Assembly (NCBI RefSeq): GCF_009914755.1
Contig: NC_060932.1
From: the human T2T-CHM13v2.0 reference genome, Homo sapiens
DNA: 64,000 nt
Reading direction: 5' to 3' (one strand)
Shown here: positions 18,615 to 33,093 of the stretch, in pieces
How positions within the stretch are numbered: position 1 is the first letter of the stretch
How the letters are laid out: each line of letters starts with the position of its first letter
Made by a program: the position numbers and the translations under genes
The notes under the pieces: generated by a model
The model's input: the letters and a program-made list of their open reading frames with translations, nothing else
Told to the model about the DNA's origin: nothing
Databases searched by the model: none

Positions 18615-19338
18615 TATTTAAGCATAAATTTCCATACATCCAAAAGAAAATTCTGCATTTGAACACGTTTCATTGTATATAAGTGGCAAAGTATTTTCTT
18701 TGGCATTTTTTAATACCTTTGAAAGGAGGTTAATGTGTGGAAATACTGAGTTTAACAACATTTCATGAAAGGTTTTTCATTGTATGAATATGCTGTCAAT
18801 CTAAGTGTGTTTTCAGAATCACTGACAGTATATTATTTTTAAGAACAAGATAAATGCTACAATATTTTGTCAATAAACTTAAGTCTCAAGCTTTTTATTT
18901 ATTGATGAGAATAATTTTACATGTTCATTTTATGTCATTAAGTCTAAGCTAGAAATATATAAAAGATGTCTGATGATATTTTCATGCGCATGTGCCCTCT
19001 ACCATCATTACAGAGCTTAAAAAACTTGTAGAAATCTGTTTTTATTTTACATGCTTTTTTTGTTACAACTGTGTCACATCTAAAAGATTCAGACAGCCTC
19101 GATCTGGCTGTGCCTTATTCTAAGTCATACAAGAGTCACTATTTTCCTGAGTGATTCTTGGGTCTTTCCTCTACTCAGAACCCTAAATTACATCCCACTC
19201 AAATCAGCTTTGAAGCTCTAATGGGGTTTCTAATGATCTTCTCACACCCAATAATCCACCCACAACATGTTCTCTTTTCTTAAATATACCAGCTCACAAT
19301 CTGCTAAAACCACTTGTTCACTAAAACCTAATGTCTCT

Positions 19339-19625
19339 GGCCCAGCACGGTGGCTCACACCTCTGTAATCCTAGCACTGTGGGAAGCCGAGGCTGGAGGA
19401 TCACTTGAGGTCAGGAGTTGGAGACCAGTCTGGCTAACATGGTGAAACCCTGTCTCTGCTAAAAATACAAAAATTAGTAGGGCAGGGTGGTAGGTGACTG
19501 CAATTCCAGCTACTTGGGAGGCTGAGGCAGGAGAATCACTTGAACCCAGGAGGCAGAAGTTGCAGTGAGCCATGGGCGACAGAGTGAGACTCTGTCTCAG
19601 AGAAAAACAAAAACAAACAAAAAAA
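19339..19625 (+). mobile_element. AluS with ~25-nt deletion in the right arm
   Basis: gcagtgagcc|atgggcgacag lacks gagatcgcgccactgcactccagcc; degenerate TSD aaaacc(c)ta.t.tctct. Confidence 0.92.
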
Positions 19626-19689
19626 CCCTATTTTCTCTGATGTGAATATTTATCAACACATAATTTACAGTTTTCATTCCTATTTTCTT

Positions 19690-22600
19690 AAATTCCTTAT
19701 TAGTTATAAATTACATACAGAATAAAGTAAGTAAGTTATGAGGAATAATGCTGTAATTTACAGCCATGCTCTTACCACCCAATTTAAGAAATACTACCTT
19801 ACTATTAACTTTAATGTCTTCTGGGTGTCGTTTCCAAGTCCCACACTTTTTCTACTCCTTTAGAGGTAAACTTCATCCTGAATTCCTTGTTTATCTCTGC
19901 CTTCTTTTTTTAGAAAAATGTTTATTTCCATAGGTTTTGGCGAACAGGTGGTATTTGGTTACATAAATTCTTTGGTGGTGATTTGAGAGAATCTGATGCA
20001 CCCACCACCCTAGCAGTATACACTAAACCCAATTTTTAGTCTTTTACCCTTCACCCCCTCCCACCTTTTCCCCCGAGTCCCCAAAGTCCATTGTATCATT
20101 CTTATGCCTTCATATCTCCATAGCTTAGCTCCCACTTATGAGTGAGAACACACGATGTTTGGTTTTCTATTCCTGTGTTGCTTTACTTAGAATAACAGCC
20201 TCCAGTTCCATCCAGATTGCTGCAAATGGCAGTAATTTGTTCCTTTTTATGGCTGAGTAGTAGTCCATCATATATATATACACACCATAATTTCTTTATT
20301 CACTTGCTGATTGATGGGCCTTTGGGCTCGTTCCATATTTTTGCAATTGTGAATTGTGCTGCTATAAATATGCACGTGCAAGTATCTTTTTCGTATAATG
20401 ACTTCTTTTCCTCTGGGTAGATACCCAGTAGTGGGGCTGCTGGATCAAATGGTAGTTCTACTTTTAGTTTCTTAAGGAATCACCACACTGTTTTCCATAG
20501 GGTTGTACTAGTTTACATTCCCCCACCAGTGTAGAAGTGTTCCCTTTTTACCAGATTCATGCCAACATTCATTATTTTTTGATTTTTTTATTATGGCCAT
20601 TCTCATGGGGGTAAGGTGGTATAGCACCGTGGTTTTGATTTGCATTTCCCTGATCATTAGTGAAGTTGAGCATTTTTTCAAATGTTTGTTGGTCATTTGT
20701 ATATCTTCTTTTGAGAATTGTTTATTCATATGCTTAGCCCACTTTTTGATGTGATTATTTGTTTTTTTCTTGCTAATTTGTTTGAGTTCTTTGTAGATTC
20801 TCGATTTTAGTCCTTTGACAGATGTATAAATTGTGAAGATTTTCTCCCACTCTGTGGGTTGTCTGTTTACTCTGCTGTTTCTTTTGCTGCACAGAAGCTT
20901 TTTTTTCTAGTTTTATCCCATGTATTTTTCTTTTTATACAATATATCATTCAATTTTGCAATTAAATTTACATGAAAGAATTCATACTGTCAGTATTTTT
21001 CCAGGGCATTATTTTTGTTCAGTGTTAGGTTTCTGAGGTTATCAATATTTCAATATTTCCTATGGCCCTAATTCATTTTCTCTCTCTCTCTCTGTCTCTG
21101 TCATTTCTCTACTGTTGTATAGTATTCCTTTTGGTAAATATGCTACCATTTGTTTATCCTATTAAAAATACAATGGGTATTTGTGTTTTTTCCAGGAATC
21201 TTTTCAATTCCAATGTACTACAATGAACAAACTTGTATATACCGTATGGTACACATGTGTAAAAGGTTTTTTAAGTGTGTACTTCCTGGATCACAGAGTT
21301 TGAACATTTTAAGTTTATTAGAAACTGATGAATTATTTTTCAAAATAGTTTTTACCATGTACATTTATATCTGCATTCTACACAAATTCTATTTGCTCAG
21401 AAATGCCAGCATTTGATATTACCAGGCTTTGTAAAATGTAAATTCAATGGGTTTTATTTGTATCTCATGATGTTTTAACTTGCATTTCCCACTACTAATG
21501 AGGTTGAGCATTTTTTCATGTGTTTATTCACCACTCATGTTTTCCCTTGTGTAAAGTGCTTTTACTAGGCTTTTTATTAATTTTCTATTTGGTGTTTTGA
21601 CTCTCTTTACTATGATATGCATGAGTTTCCTATATATTCAAGAAACAAATCCTTTGTCAAATTTATGGTTCTTTTCACTGTCTTTATGTGGCTTTTTATG
21701 ACCAGAAATTCTTAATTTTAATGAAGCAGAATTTATCAATTTTGTATTTTAAGGTTAGCGATTTTTTATGTCTGGTTTAAGATTATCCTCCCATATTCTT
21801 AGCTCAAAAAGATATTCTATTTTATTGCTTTCTAAACATTTTATATTTTTTCCTTTCATATTTAGGCAATAGTAATTGATTTTTTTGGTATGGTGTAGGT
21901 AGATGTTCAATTTCATATTTGTCCTTGTGGATAACCAATCATTCCATCATTATTTATTTAAGAATCAGTCTTTCCCTCACTGATCTGCTATGTCGGCTCC
22001 ATGTGTTTATATATGTCAATTGTATGCATGTACAGTTTTGTCATATATACGTGTGTGTATTTCATGTTCATTGGTCCCTTTCCTATCTCTCTACCATTAC
22101 TACAGCCTTAATTACCACAGCTTTAAAATAAATATTGATAAGGCAACTTTACCAACTTCATACCTTTTTTCCAAGTGTATCATGGCTATGTTTGGCCTTT
22201 GTTCTATTGTACAAATTCAGAATCAGCTTGTCAAGCTTCAGGCATATACATAAAAAATATTGGGGATTTTATTGGAATTACATGGAATCCATAATTATCT
22301 TGAAGATAACTGACATATTTATTATATTGAGTCTTCTAATTTTTCTGTTTATATAAGGTAACTGTAAAATTTTTCAATACAGTTTTATAATTTTTTTCAT
22401 TAAGGTCTTTCAAGTGTTGTAATAGATTACCCCTTAATACTTTGTCTTTTATAGTATGTAAATAATATACTTTAGACTGTATTTTATACATATGATTGTT
22501 GTATAGAGATATACAATTGAATTTTGTATACTGGCTTTGCATTCAATAAACTTATTAAACTCTCTTATTAATTGTAATAATCTGTGGATGCTTTACAATT

Positions 22601-22900
22601 TTTTACATGAACCCACATATCATCAGCAATTAGTGACAGTTTTATTTCTTCTCTCTCATTTCTAAAATTGCTTTCCTGTCTTACTGCACTGACTAGGACA
22701 TCTAGTACAATATTATATAAAGTTTAATATAGTGGGTGTCCTTTTAAATTATCTGATCTTAAAGCAAGTGTGCCCAATGTCTCACTAGACATCATTTCTT
22801 GAAGCATTAGGTATAATGTTTAATATAGATTTTTGTAAATCTTCTTTATTAAGTAAGGAATTTTTCTTCTCTTCCTAGTTGCTAAGGCTTTTGTCACATA
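19690..22900 (-). mobile_element. Old L1M-type LINE fragment hosting the L1PB below
   Basis: Degenerate antisense L1 ORF2/3' motifs (tgcatttcc...gaggttgagcatttttcatgtg; ttgtcaag...ttggggatttt). Confidence 0.65.
19905..20905 (-). mobile_element. L1PB 3' fragment (~1 kb)
   Basis: L1PB-type 3' UTR tttatttccataggttttgg...; ORF2 C-terminus in ORF 20508..20729. Confidence 0.88.
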
Positions 22901-23798
22901 TTTGTCACCTATGTTGAATCAGATGATTTTATGTCTCACATTCTTTAACCTGGGCATAGTGACCTGTGCCCGCTGAACCACAAGGATGTAAAAACTAAAA
23001 CTCATGTTCTGGCAGCAACAAGTATCTTTAAGGAACAAGCCAGGTGCAGTGTTCTTTTTCCATTTGATTTCCTGTTTCCACTCAGGTGGAATGTTCTTCA
23101 AATCCCTTACTTTCTTGCTAGTTTTATGTTGCATTCTTTAAAAGGATACATTTATATTTTATCCAGAATTTTTGGTTGTTTTCAGTGGTGGATAGCTCAG
23201 TGTATTTAGTCCACTGTGCAAGAAATAGAAGTTTTCCCTTTCCTTTCTGTCAAAATAATATCCCTCATTTCTTGAAGCACATCTCCTTTAGATTTCCCTT
23301 TCTATCATCATTTGGAAATTTTAACTTTGTTCAATCTAGTTATTTATATTACTTTCCAAACCTTCTCCTCCCAACTTTCCAATTTCTTAACAGTTTTACA
23401 TATTTCTTTAAGATTGAGGTTGGTCAGTTGTATGCATAGACTGTTTTGTCACATACTTAAACCTCTTTTTGTGTATCCCAGAGACAATAATATTTTCAGT
23501 TTATGAAGGCAAAGTATGTGCTCTCTTCTCATTTTGACAACCTTGGAATTCAATAACTACATATTCCAGTTGCTGAGTGCATTTTGTTGCTCCTTTAGTA
23601 AACCTGGTATGATTTATGATCAAATCCTTCTAGCTTCCTTTTCTATATAAATGGAAAATATATCATAGGAAATTTAATAAGTCCTCCTATGAACAGAACT
23701 CTATTTCATACAAATGTTTATGCATACTGAAAAATTCTTAGCGAAAAATGAAAATCAGAAGAACATTTCATTCTCTTTTTGTTTCATGAAGCATTTCT

Positions 23799-24095
23799 GG
23801 CCAGTCACAGCGGCTCACACCTATAATCCCAACACTTCGGGAGGCTGAGGCAGGAGAATTGCTTGAGGCCAGAAGTTTGAGACAGCCTGGGCCTCCTAGC
23901 CAGACCTCATTTCTACAGAAAATTTTAAAAATTAGCCAGGCATAGTGGCACATGCCTGTAGTCCTAGCTACTTCAGAGGCAGAGGAAGGAGGATTGTTTG
24001 AGACCAGGAGTTCAAGGTTACAGTGAGCAACGATTTCCCCACTGCACTCCAGCCTGGGCGACAGAGCAAAACCCTGTCTTTTAGGGAAAAAAGAA
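23799..24095 (+). mobile_element. AluJ
   Basis: Diverged dimer with ggaggattgtttgag...ttcaaggttacagtgagc; flanking aagcattt repeated. Confidence 0.9.
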
Positions 24096-24179
24096 AAGCA
24101 TTTTTGATTCTCCTCACTTTGCTCAACATTTTGATTGTTTATAGTACTCATCGTTTTCTAATATGGTATATAGTTTTTA

Positions 24180-24321
24180 ATTATTATGTTTGTTTCTCAC
24201 TGTCTTCCCCCAGTAAAATGTAAGTTCCACAAGGGCAGAGATATAATCTGTTTTGTGCATGACATATCCCAAACAGTGCCTGACATAGAGTAAATGCTCA
24301 ATAAACATATGTTGAATGAAT
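24180..24321 (+). mobile_element. L2 3' end
   Basis: atgtaagttccacaagggcagag...cagtgcctgacatag...ctcaataaacatatgttgaatgaat. Confidence 0.8.
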
Positions 24322-24440
24322 CAATGGTGTACAATATTTGCATAAACAAATAGTAAAAAGAAAAATAAAAGTTCATGATTTACTTTTCTCAGATGGTTTC
24401 GTATTTTCTTAATCAGTACTGTTTTATTTTATGCTTTCAG

Positions 24441-24516
24441 ATATCAACATGGCAGGAGAGCCCAAACCATACAGACCAAAACCTGGAAACAAGAGGCCCC
24501 TTTCTGCACTTTACAG
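24441..24516 (+). CDS. RALYL: RALYL internal coding exon (76 nt; end of RRM and linker, [26 protein letters not shown])
   Basis: Acceptor ttttattttatgctttcag| at 24440 and donor AG|gtaagt at 24517. Phase 1 in, phase 2 out (2+72+2 nt). The peptide matches my recollection of RALYL (...[30 protein letters not shown]...). Confidence 0.96.
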
Positions 24517-24764
24517 GTAAGTAGATAAGCACTGTTTTACTCTATATATTAGTGAAATTTTCTTGCAGCTTTATAAGGCAATATAACTTGTAAGGCATCC
24601 ACTATTTAAAATAATAATCCTTATTGGAATAAAGTACAACAAATGTTGTTGGTCAACATATAAATATATCTTGCTGCATTGGCAAGGATCTCAATGCCTA
24701 ACCTTCTCATATCTGCTTATACAACCCTTCTACGAGATACTTATCTAATAAAAATCACTAATGA

Positions 24765-25130
<366 letters not shown>

Positions 25131-27423
25131 TAACTGCATGCCATGTTCTTTAGCTATTTTACATATGTTGTTTAATTTAATTTTCACAAGACTCTTGCAA
25201 TGTAGATATTCCTGTTCTCATAATGCAGCTCAGGAACCTGAGATGCAGTTTCTTAGTGATTTTTTCAAGGTCACACCACTGGTTAACAATGGCACCAATA
25301 CTCAAACTCATGCCCTCTGTACCTTAAATTCCACTCAGTCAGTCAGCCTTCTTTATTACAAAGTACATGTTTCTCTCATGACCATTTTTCCCAGACAACA
25401 AATATAGTCCTTCTCTTCTCCAGAGAGACAGATCCAATTCCTTTAACCTTTCCTGAAGTGCTTGGGTCTGAGTCACTTAACACTCTGGTCTTTCCCCTCT
25501 ACGTGCCCCAATTTGTCAGTGTCTATATCTATGCGGAGAATCCAGGTGAAGAGATTTAGCACCTTTGTTGTTCTGTATATACTTCTATTATGTTAAGTAG
25601 AATTGAGTTGATTTTGGGGAAGAGTACAAGAGTAAACTTATATAACTTTCAGTTCTTTAAGAACAGCCACTTCTGAAAAAATTATGTTCTGCTGTTAAAC
25701 CATATGTCCCACTTCATGTGCTTTTGCCATTAGTTTTTGTACTGTAAGTGCTGACTTTGTGTCTATTGCTGTTTAATTCTCTTTTGTTAGATATAGCCAA
25801 TTGTTCCAGGCTATTGAGATCTCCTGTCATCCTATTTATTTGGTTTTCTCCCAGATACATATCATCAGTCCATCAGTATCTGCATCTGAAGAGTTAACAT
25901 AAAAGTGTTGAGCAAGGCTTCCTTTTTCTCTGATATCATTTGGATAAAGGAGAATTAAGTTATATGTGTTAAAATTGATTATTTTCTGATTTAGTATAGT
26001 AAGAAGAGTGCTCAAAAATAGCCTGGAGCACTTTCCTTGTTTTTGTTCTCTGAAAACTAGCATATCTTCTTTTCAGCCACTTATAGCCTCATTTTTTGAA
26101 CTCTAAGATGAGGGTCAGAACTAGATCACTTCTGAGGTCCTAGTCATGCCTAGTACCCCAGGGCTCTCTACTGTATGGTATTCAGAGATTTTTAAAGCTA
26201 TACTGAAAAATACATCATAATTTCTCTTATTTTGGTTGTTTTTGTTTTAATAAAACATTTTCTTAAAAATGGAAAGCAATAGAGTATAACAAATGTTGAT
26301 AGTGGGTCATGGGGTAATATTGACATTAAAGAGCAGAGATGATGTTATCAACAAGAAGCAAATGACACATTCTGTACCTTGTTTGAGGTAAAGGAGATGA
26401 TTTATAAAACCGAGAAATTTTTATCAGATTCATTTGTAAATGTATACATTAGAGCTGCAGCTAATGCAGAACATTTGAAAAGTCTTATTTTCAATTACTG
26501 CTAAAACAAGCTGCCAATGGCTTTTTTTTATCATCAAAGAGTTGCTACTGTCTGTGCAATGATGTTAATTTTCATATTTTCTCTTTTCTTGGATTGTTTT
26601 GATTTTCTTATGAGAATGGAAGCTCATGACATGAATGTCATTTTCACTATTATTTCTCTATTACTGTTATATTCAATTGTGTTCAAAAGAACTAGAAGCA
26701 GAATTTCATTTAAATATGCTATATTGCATACAAGCCACATTAGTGAGAAAGTGCTTATTTATCCTCCTTTTATCTGTTTACACAAATTAAGGCTGTACAC
26801 TGAAATTGCAAAACAGTAATAAAGGGGATACAAAAACGTGAATGTATAGCTGAGGAAGCCCTTTTATACACATTTTCTCATTCTCACGTAAGCTTAAGAA
26901 AAAAATTACCTTAATTTTATGTGGACAAACTATGCTTTCATAGTCATTCACCTGTTCATCAGATAACTCTACAAAATTGGTAGTATATACTATGCTGTAT
27001 AAATGAGAAACCTGAGTTTCCAAGACAATAAAGGGTTTGTTCAAGACAAGATCACAGGATTAGGAAATGTGCTCGGTTTTCAGCCTTCACGTCTAGTATT
27101 CTCACCACTAGATTATAGCTCCCTGTATTTAGTCACTTGCTACCATCTAAACAACACAGATAGGGAAAGTAGAGATTTTCTGAGCATCAAACCAATCATC
27201 AATACTATTACTGTCCATGAATACCATGCCAGCAAGTGGCAGAGGAAATACTATACAATAAACACTACATAAGAAAAAACAGATATACCACCTATCTGTG
27301 TGATCATAGGGCACAGGTTTTAAGCTTCAAGTAAGTAAGTTCTTTTTGTAACATAGTAGTTGTATAATTTTCCTGAGAGGATAGAGTTGCATAAATGAGG
27401 TAAAAGCATTTAGTTCAATGTAG

Positions 27424-27802
<379 letters not shown>

Positions 27803-30704
27803 TCTGAGTCTGTTTTCTTATCTGTAAAATGCGAGAGGGGGACTCTTTTTACTCGGTCATTCATTCATTCATTTATACAAGATATATTTAGTGTGTATCT
27901 ACTATGGTCTAGGGACTGTAATAGTGCTTTTCTAGGAAACTAGCATAGAAAATGGCAAGAACAGGGTGAAGAGAGAGCATAACGTAATGAAAGTAAGTTA
28001 TTTGTATGAAGGTAGTCTCTGATTTACCTTCCTGCTCTAAACTGCTATGTCTCTATAACTATTCTATTTGGACCACTAAGTGAACTGCCGCCAGACTTTC
28101 TTCTTCACGTACATCCACTTTATCTCCAATACCAATCACAAAGTGGTATTCACATGAAATATCCACTGAGGCATAACTTTGATTTGTTTCTTCTTTTAAT
28201 AGGATTTTCAACTCAGCCAAACAACCTTCAATAAGGCCTTATTATGTGCTAAGTAAACATGGTATACATAGAAAATAAAACAGTGAGACTTCAAAAAGCT
28301 TACAGTCTTATGCATAAGTTAGATGCACAGATGAATAAAGACAACTGAGAAGTATGCATACACTTCTGTAAGAGAATAAATGAGGAAGTTACTGATTCTG
28401 CCTAGGGAGCAGGGAGTAAAAACATCTGGAAAGTTAAAGGAAGAAGACAACACTTGAGCTGACTTTTGAAGGGAAAGAGAGAGGGAAGGGCATCTCATAG
28501 TAGGAGCTAGGATAGTCTACCTTGTGGGGAATGGAAAACTGGGGCATTATGGTGCCCAGGCTGTGAATATATCTATATATCAGGTTAAGGAGAGCTGACT
28601 TTTATTCTGTAGGCAACAAGGAACCACTTAAACATGGTGACTGATCGGAAATGGGGTGTGAGGAGAGAGAGTCACAAATATGTCCAGGGTTTTCTAGTTC
28701 AGGCTACTGAGGGAATGATCACATGAGCTGAATAGAAGAAATAGGAAACACATGATAAGCAATGGCAGGCTCAGGTGTAAGATCGAGGAAAGGGAGCAAA
28801 AAGGAATTATTTCAGTCTTGGACATGAATTCATAAAGACAGACAATTCATTAAAATAGCACTTGCAATAAAAATGTCTCCCATTAGAGTCTATTTGTAAA
28901 TGAAACATAATTAATCATTTGTGAACATTTCATAAATATTGGACCTGGCCCTAATGGTGAATAGCTAATCCATTCTCTAGGGAAAACATTGTAACTTTTA
29001 ATAAATTGCTGCTTCAAATACGTTATGTACATTACACAATATCTGTGGCACTCTAAAATAATAATTCTCCCCCAGGAAGTGAGTTTTCCAGCATGCCAAC
29101 TTTCAATTAATGCTCAATAATTGCTAAATGAGAATAATTGTATGATGGTTTTACTTCTATTTGTAAAGTAGACAGACCTTTCCTCTTTGATGGAAAGCTA
29201 ACAAAAAATATCAGAGAACAAAGACACTATTTATAAGAGATGAACAACAATGGATTTTTTTTCACCTAGAGGTGACTCCCTTCTACTTGCAGGGAACTCA
29301 ACTCAGTAAGACATGTAGTATATATAGTTTCATCCCATTGATTCTGTAAAAATCAATCATCTGGTACTATTGCCAAATATTGCTTTTGGCTATCATACAA
29401 ATGCCTCTTGTAGCAACCTTCCCATCCCACCCAGATGACCATGAGAATCAAGATTGTCACAAGTCATTTCAAGAGTCTTTAAGATTGTCAGAAGATAACC
29501 TACAGTTACAGCCACCATTTTAAGATCATCACAATTGGTGGTGGTCACCATGAATGTGGGTTATATTACAGTAACTCCAATGATAAAAAATAACTTTCAG
29601 AGCACAGACCAAGTAAGGTGACTGCAGCAAAATATCTCCGGTGATTCATTCACCACTGGACCTACGTGAGTTTTGTTTTCTTCCTTCATGGTGGCTCTAG
29701 CACATCATGGGAAAAGGGACCCTTGAATCACCTAAAATGTTCCCTAGAACCTTGAAAGTAGAAATGAAAGTAATGTAAGCTAATTTCAGCTAATGCTAAA
29801 TAGCAAAAATCAGTATGAAGGAAAAACATCCTGGTCATCTTCACTTCATTGACTTATACTGTTTGCTGAGAAATGTTTACCAATTAGCTATTGATCATTT
29901 TATTCATTTTCTGTCTCCTTTTATAACATCAAGGATAACACACATTCCCTTTCAGAAGCTTAATATTTCCATTATCATTATCTCCCTTTGCACTGGCAAA
30001 GGCTTCCTTCCATTTCACCTACCCAGCCAGATGGTTCCACTCAAACTACAGTGTGAGGAGGAGAGGGAAATATTTTCTCCTACCCGCCATATTAATACAT
30101 CCTGTCCTTCTGAAACTGACACAAGCCCAAACACTGACCTGCCTCCCTGGTTTACTTTGAATGTATGTTATTGCTTAGGTCTACATAGCAATTGCAGTCT
30201 CTTTCTGCTCAGGATCCTATCTTTCCTGTGCAACCAAATTACTAATGTATGGTTATCAAGATCCACAAGAGAAAATACCAAAAACGGTGTATATTTCTAA
30301 AACTCAAACCTGAATATCCATACATCTGGGTAATTGAGGGAGAGTTCTCTAATTCAGAAATCTCCACAAATGAATGTTGAAATGCTTTTGTTCTAGAAAA
30401 GGGGTCAAACATTCACTTTATTGATTGTTTAAATTTGTGCAAATGTTTTATGTGTGCTTGTTCAGTTTGCTTGGTGGGAAAAATGTTAGACATACCTCCT
30501 AAAATAACCTGAGCATTATCAGTGCTTTGAATTTGATTTTTTTGTTCCTCAGCTTTTTGGGCTGCATAAAGGAAGATATAAAATTTCCTAAAAGGTAATG
30601 TATTTAAGGAGCCTGCAACTATTAGAGATACTCTACAAATTTTAGTTATCCTCATCATTATGATTATTCAAAGAAAACATCTATGATAAAGTATTTTAGG
30701 AGGT

Positions 30705-31023
30705 TTTTCTTGTTTTTTGTTTGTTTGTTTGTTTTTTAAGACAGGGTCTCGCTTCATCACCCAGGCTGGAGAACAGTGGGCGTGATCTCAGCTCACTGCA
30801 ACCTCCGCCTCCCAGGTTCGAGTGATCTTTCCACCTCAGTCTCCTGAGTAGCTGGGACTACAGGTGTGTGCCACCATACCTGTCTAATTCTTTTTTGTAT
30901 TTTTAGTAGAGACAGGATTTCACCATGTTGCCCAGGCTGGTCTCAAACTCCCAAGCTTAAGCAATCTGCCCGCCTCAGCCTCCCAAAGTGCTGGGATTAC
31001 AGGTGTGAGCCACTGCTTCCAGC
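30705..31023 (-). mobile_element. AluJ (Jb-like)
   Basis: agacagggtctcgc...ctcaaactcc...aagcaatctgcc; (TTTG)n tail. Confidence 0.92.
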
Positions 31024-31880
31024 TTTGAAAGGTTATTTTATATGTTTTTAGCTATGATGATGTTGCTAAATCTCACACAGTCAACTAAACAGGTTAATGT
31101 TTTCTATAACTTCTTTAAAAATAAAATTTTTTAAAAGATTATTTTACTTATAGTATGTTCCTCACATTTTAACACTAAGCAAATATAACTTATAGACCTT
31201 TTATTTAAAATGTTCAAAAAAGTGCTGACACAATACCCATTAAATAGTTCTGCTGCGGGCAATTCTCTCTGCTAGGCTAAAGAATGGCCTATTTGCAGTT
31301 TTCTGTTATGTTTTTAATGCATGAATATCCATTAATATCTTCTGGCATATAGAAAGAATAGAGTAGAGGTAGAGGGAGAACTTAATGCAGAGAATCCATC
31401 TCTAAGACCTTTGTGGTTTATGTTGCTAGTCTTCAGGTTATTTGAAAGACTACATTACTATTTGTTTGGTTTGACATAGTTTATGATAAAAATCAAAGGA
31501 AGTAAAACCATGCAATCAATTTTAAAAGGAGAAAAGTAGCAAGAGTCAATAATTCAGTGGGAATTGAGGGAGGTGGGCAGGTAGGATCAAGCAAATCAAG
31601 CAAAAATTTAATTATACTAATAAAACTTATGCAGTCACAAAGTATTACATGAGCACAACAAACTTAGCCATGTGATTCATGGTAGTCAAGGCGAAAACAG
31701 GAGCAAAATAATCTATGTAACCATGTAGTAAAAGAAAATACTTGAATATGTGTGAGAAGAAACTATGTTTTCCTAACTCTGTTTTCTGATGTAAACTTAT
31801 TATATAGGCCTTCATAGGAAGTCATCTAAACAGCATAGCAGGTACCACCTTGAGTAGCATTTAGACAATACGTGCATGCT

Positions 31881-31883
31881 GTG

Positions 31884-31923
<40 letters not shown>
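31881..31923. repeat. (CG)3(CA)15 alternating purine-pyrimidine microsatellite
   Basis: gtgcacacgcgcgcacacac...aca read directly. Confidence 0.95.
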
Positions 31924-31926
<3 letters not shown>

Positions 31927-33093
31927 TTTAAAGCTGATGCCATTTTTCTTATGAACTCAATAAAAGAATCACACGATATTCCTTTCCTTTCTGCTTCTCC
32001 CAAGGCAGTTTACTATACTGTGACAAATTTATCATCCTATAAAATTCTAGGAGTAGTGTTCCATGTAGCTAGATCTACAGACTAGGCCTTCAAATTACCA
32101 CACAGCTGCATACTTGGAGGAGATAGAAAGGAAAAGTGGGCTGACCCCTTGCTTGGCTTATCCACTCAGCTTCTAAGTCTAGAAGAAAAAGACAATGCTT
32201 GAATGTCTAGAACCTGTAACAGTGACCACTTGAGCTGCTACTTAAGACTCCTCTTTCTTTGAGGTAGGGAGAAGTGGAAAAGGAATAGTAAACCAAGCAT
32301 GGGATAGAAAGGGCTGAAATTTCACATCATTCTTACAGTTGGCAGGTGCCAATGAAGACAGGCAACTGATTCTTTCTAACTGTTGGTTTTACTACACCTT
32401 GGAAACTGTAGCCTGTCATGAAATTGTTGCTTTCTTTTATATATAAAAGCATGGTTCTGTGCTGAAGCTAAGATCTCTTCATCAGCAGGACTCACATTAT
32501 GATCTTTTATGCTATATTCTCCTGGCATCTCACTGTGGGGTATTGCGGTTAGAGCACCAACAACAGCGCTAGTCCCTACTGGAGCTTAGCAGGAACGTGT
32601 GCATCTCATATGCTAGGTCATTGCGCAAGTGCTCCCTGCCTGGGATGAAGATGCTTTGTGGGTTTTATCTTGCAAAGGGCAATGCCCTTGCTTGCTTGTA
32701 AGTTGAAGTATCTTCATTGTCAGTGTTGATTTCATTTGTTTTCATTATTTTATGGGTATTGTTCATTGTCTTTCTATCCAGTGACCTGTTTCTTGTTTTA
32801 GGACAGTCCTTAGTAGAGAATGTAGGGTCTTGAGCGTCCAACCTATGATAAATTTGTAAGTCCATTGTTTGTTTTAATTTTGAAGTGTTATCTCATTCCC
32901 TTTGTGCTCACCATATCACCTTCTCCTTCTCAATCTATCCCTGTATTCAAGATTCCAGGATATGTTTTTCCTTCCATATTACTGTATGGAGGGTAGCATG
33001 AAAGAAATTGAAATGTCTCTAAAGATTTATCTCTAAATGAATCAAATTAAAGACTAAAAATTTTTAATGTTCCAGTGTTACTCTCTCATCATA

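Noticed and set aside
29815-30300. 161-aa ORF in apparently unique sequence
   Set aside because: No recognisable domain, promoter or processed-pseudogene hallmarks; composition is typical of translated non-coding DNA.
32543-32560. tRNA A-box-like gcggttagagcac
   Set aside because: No B-box or cloverleaf follows.
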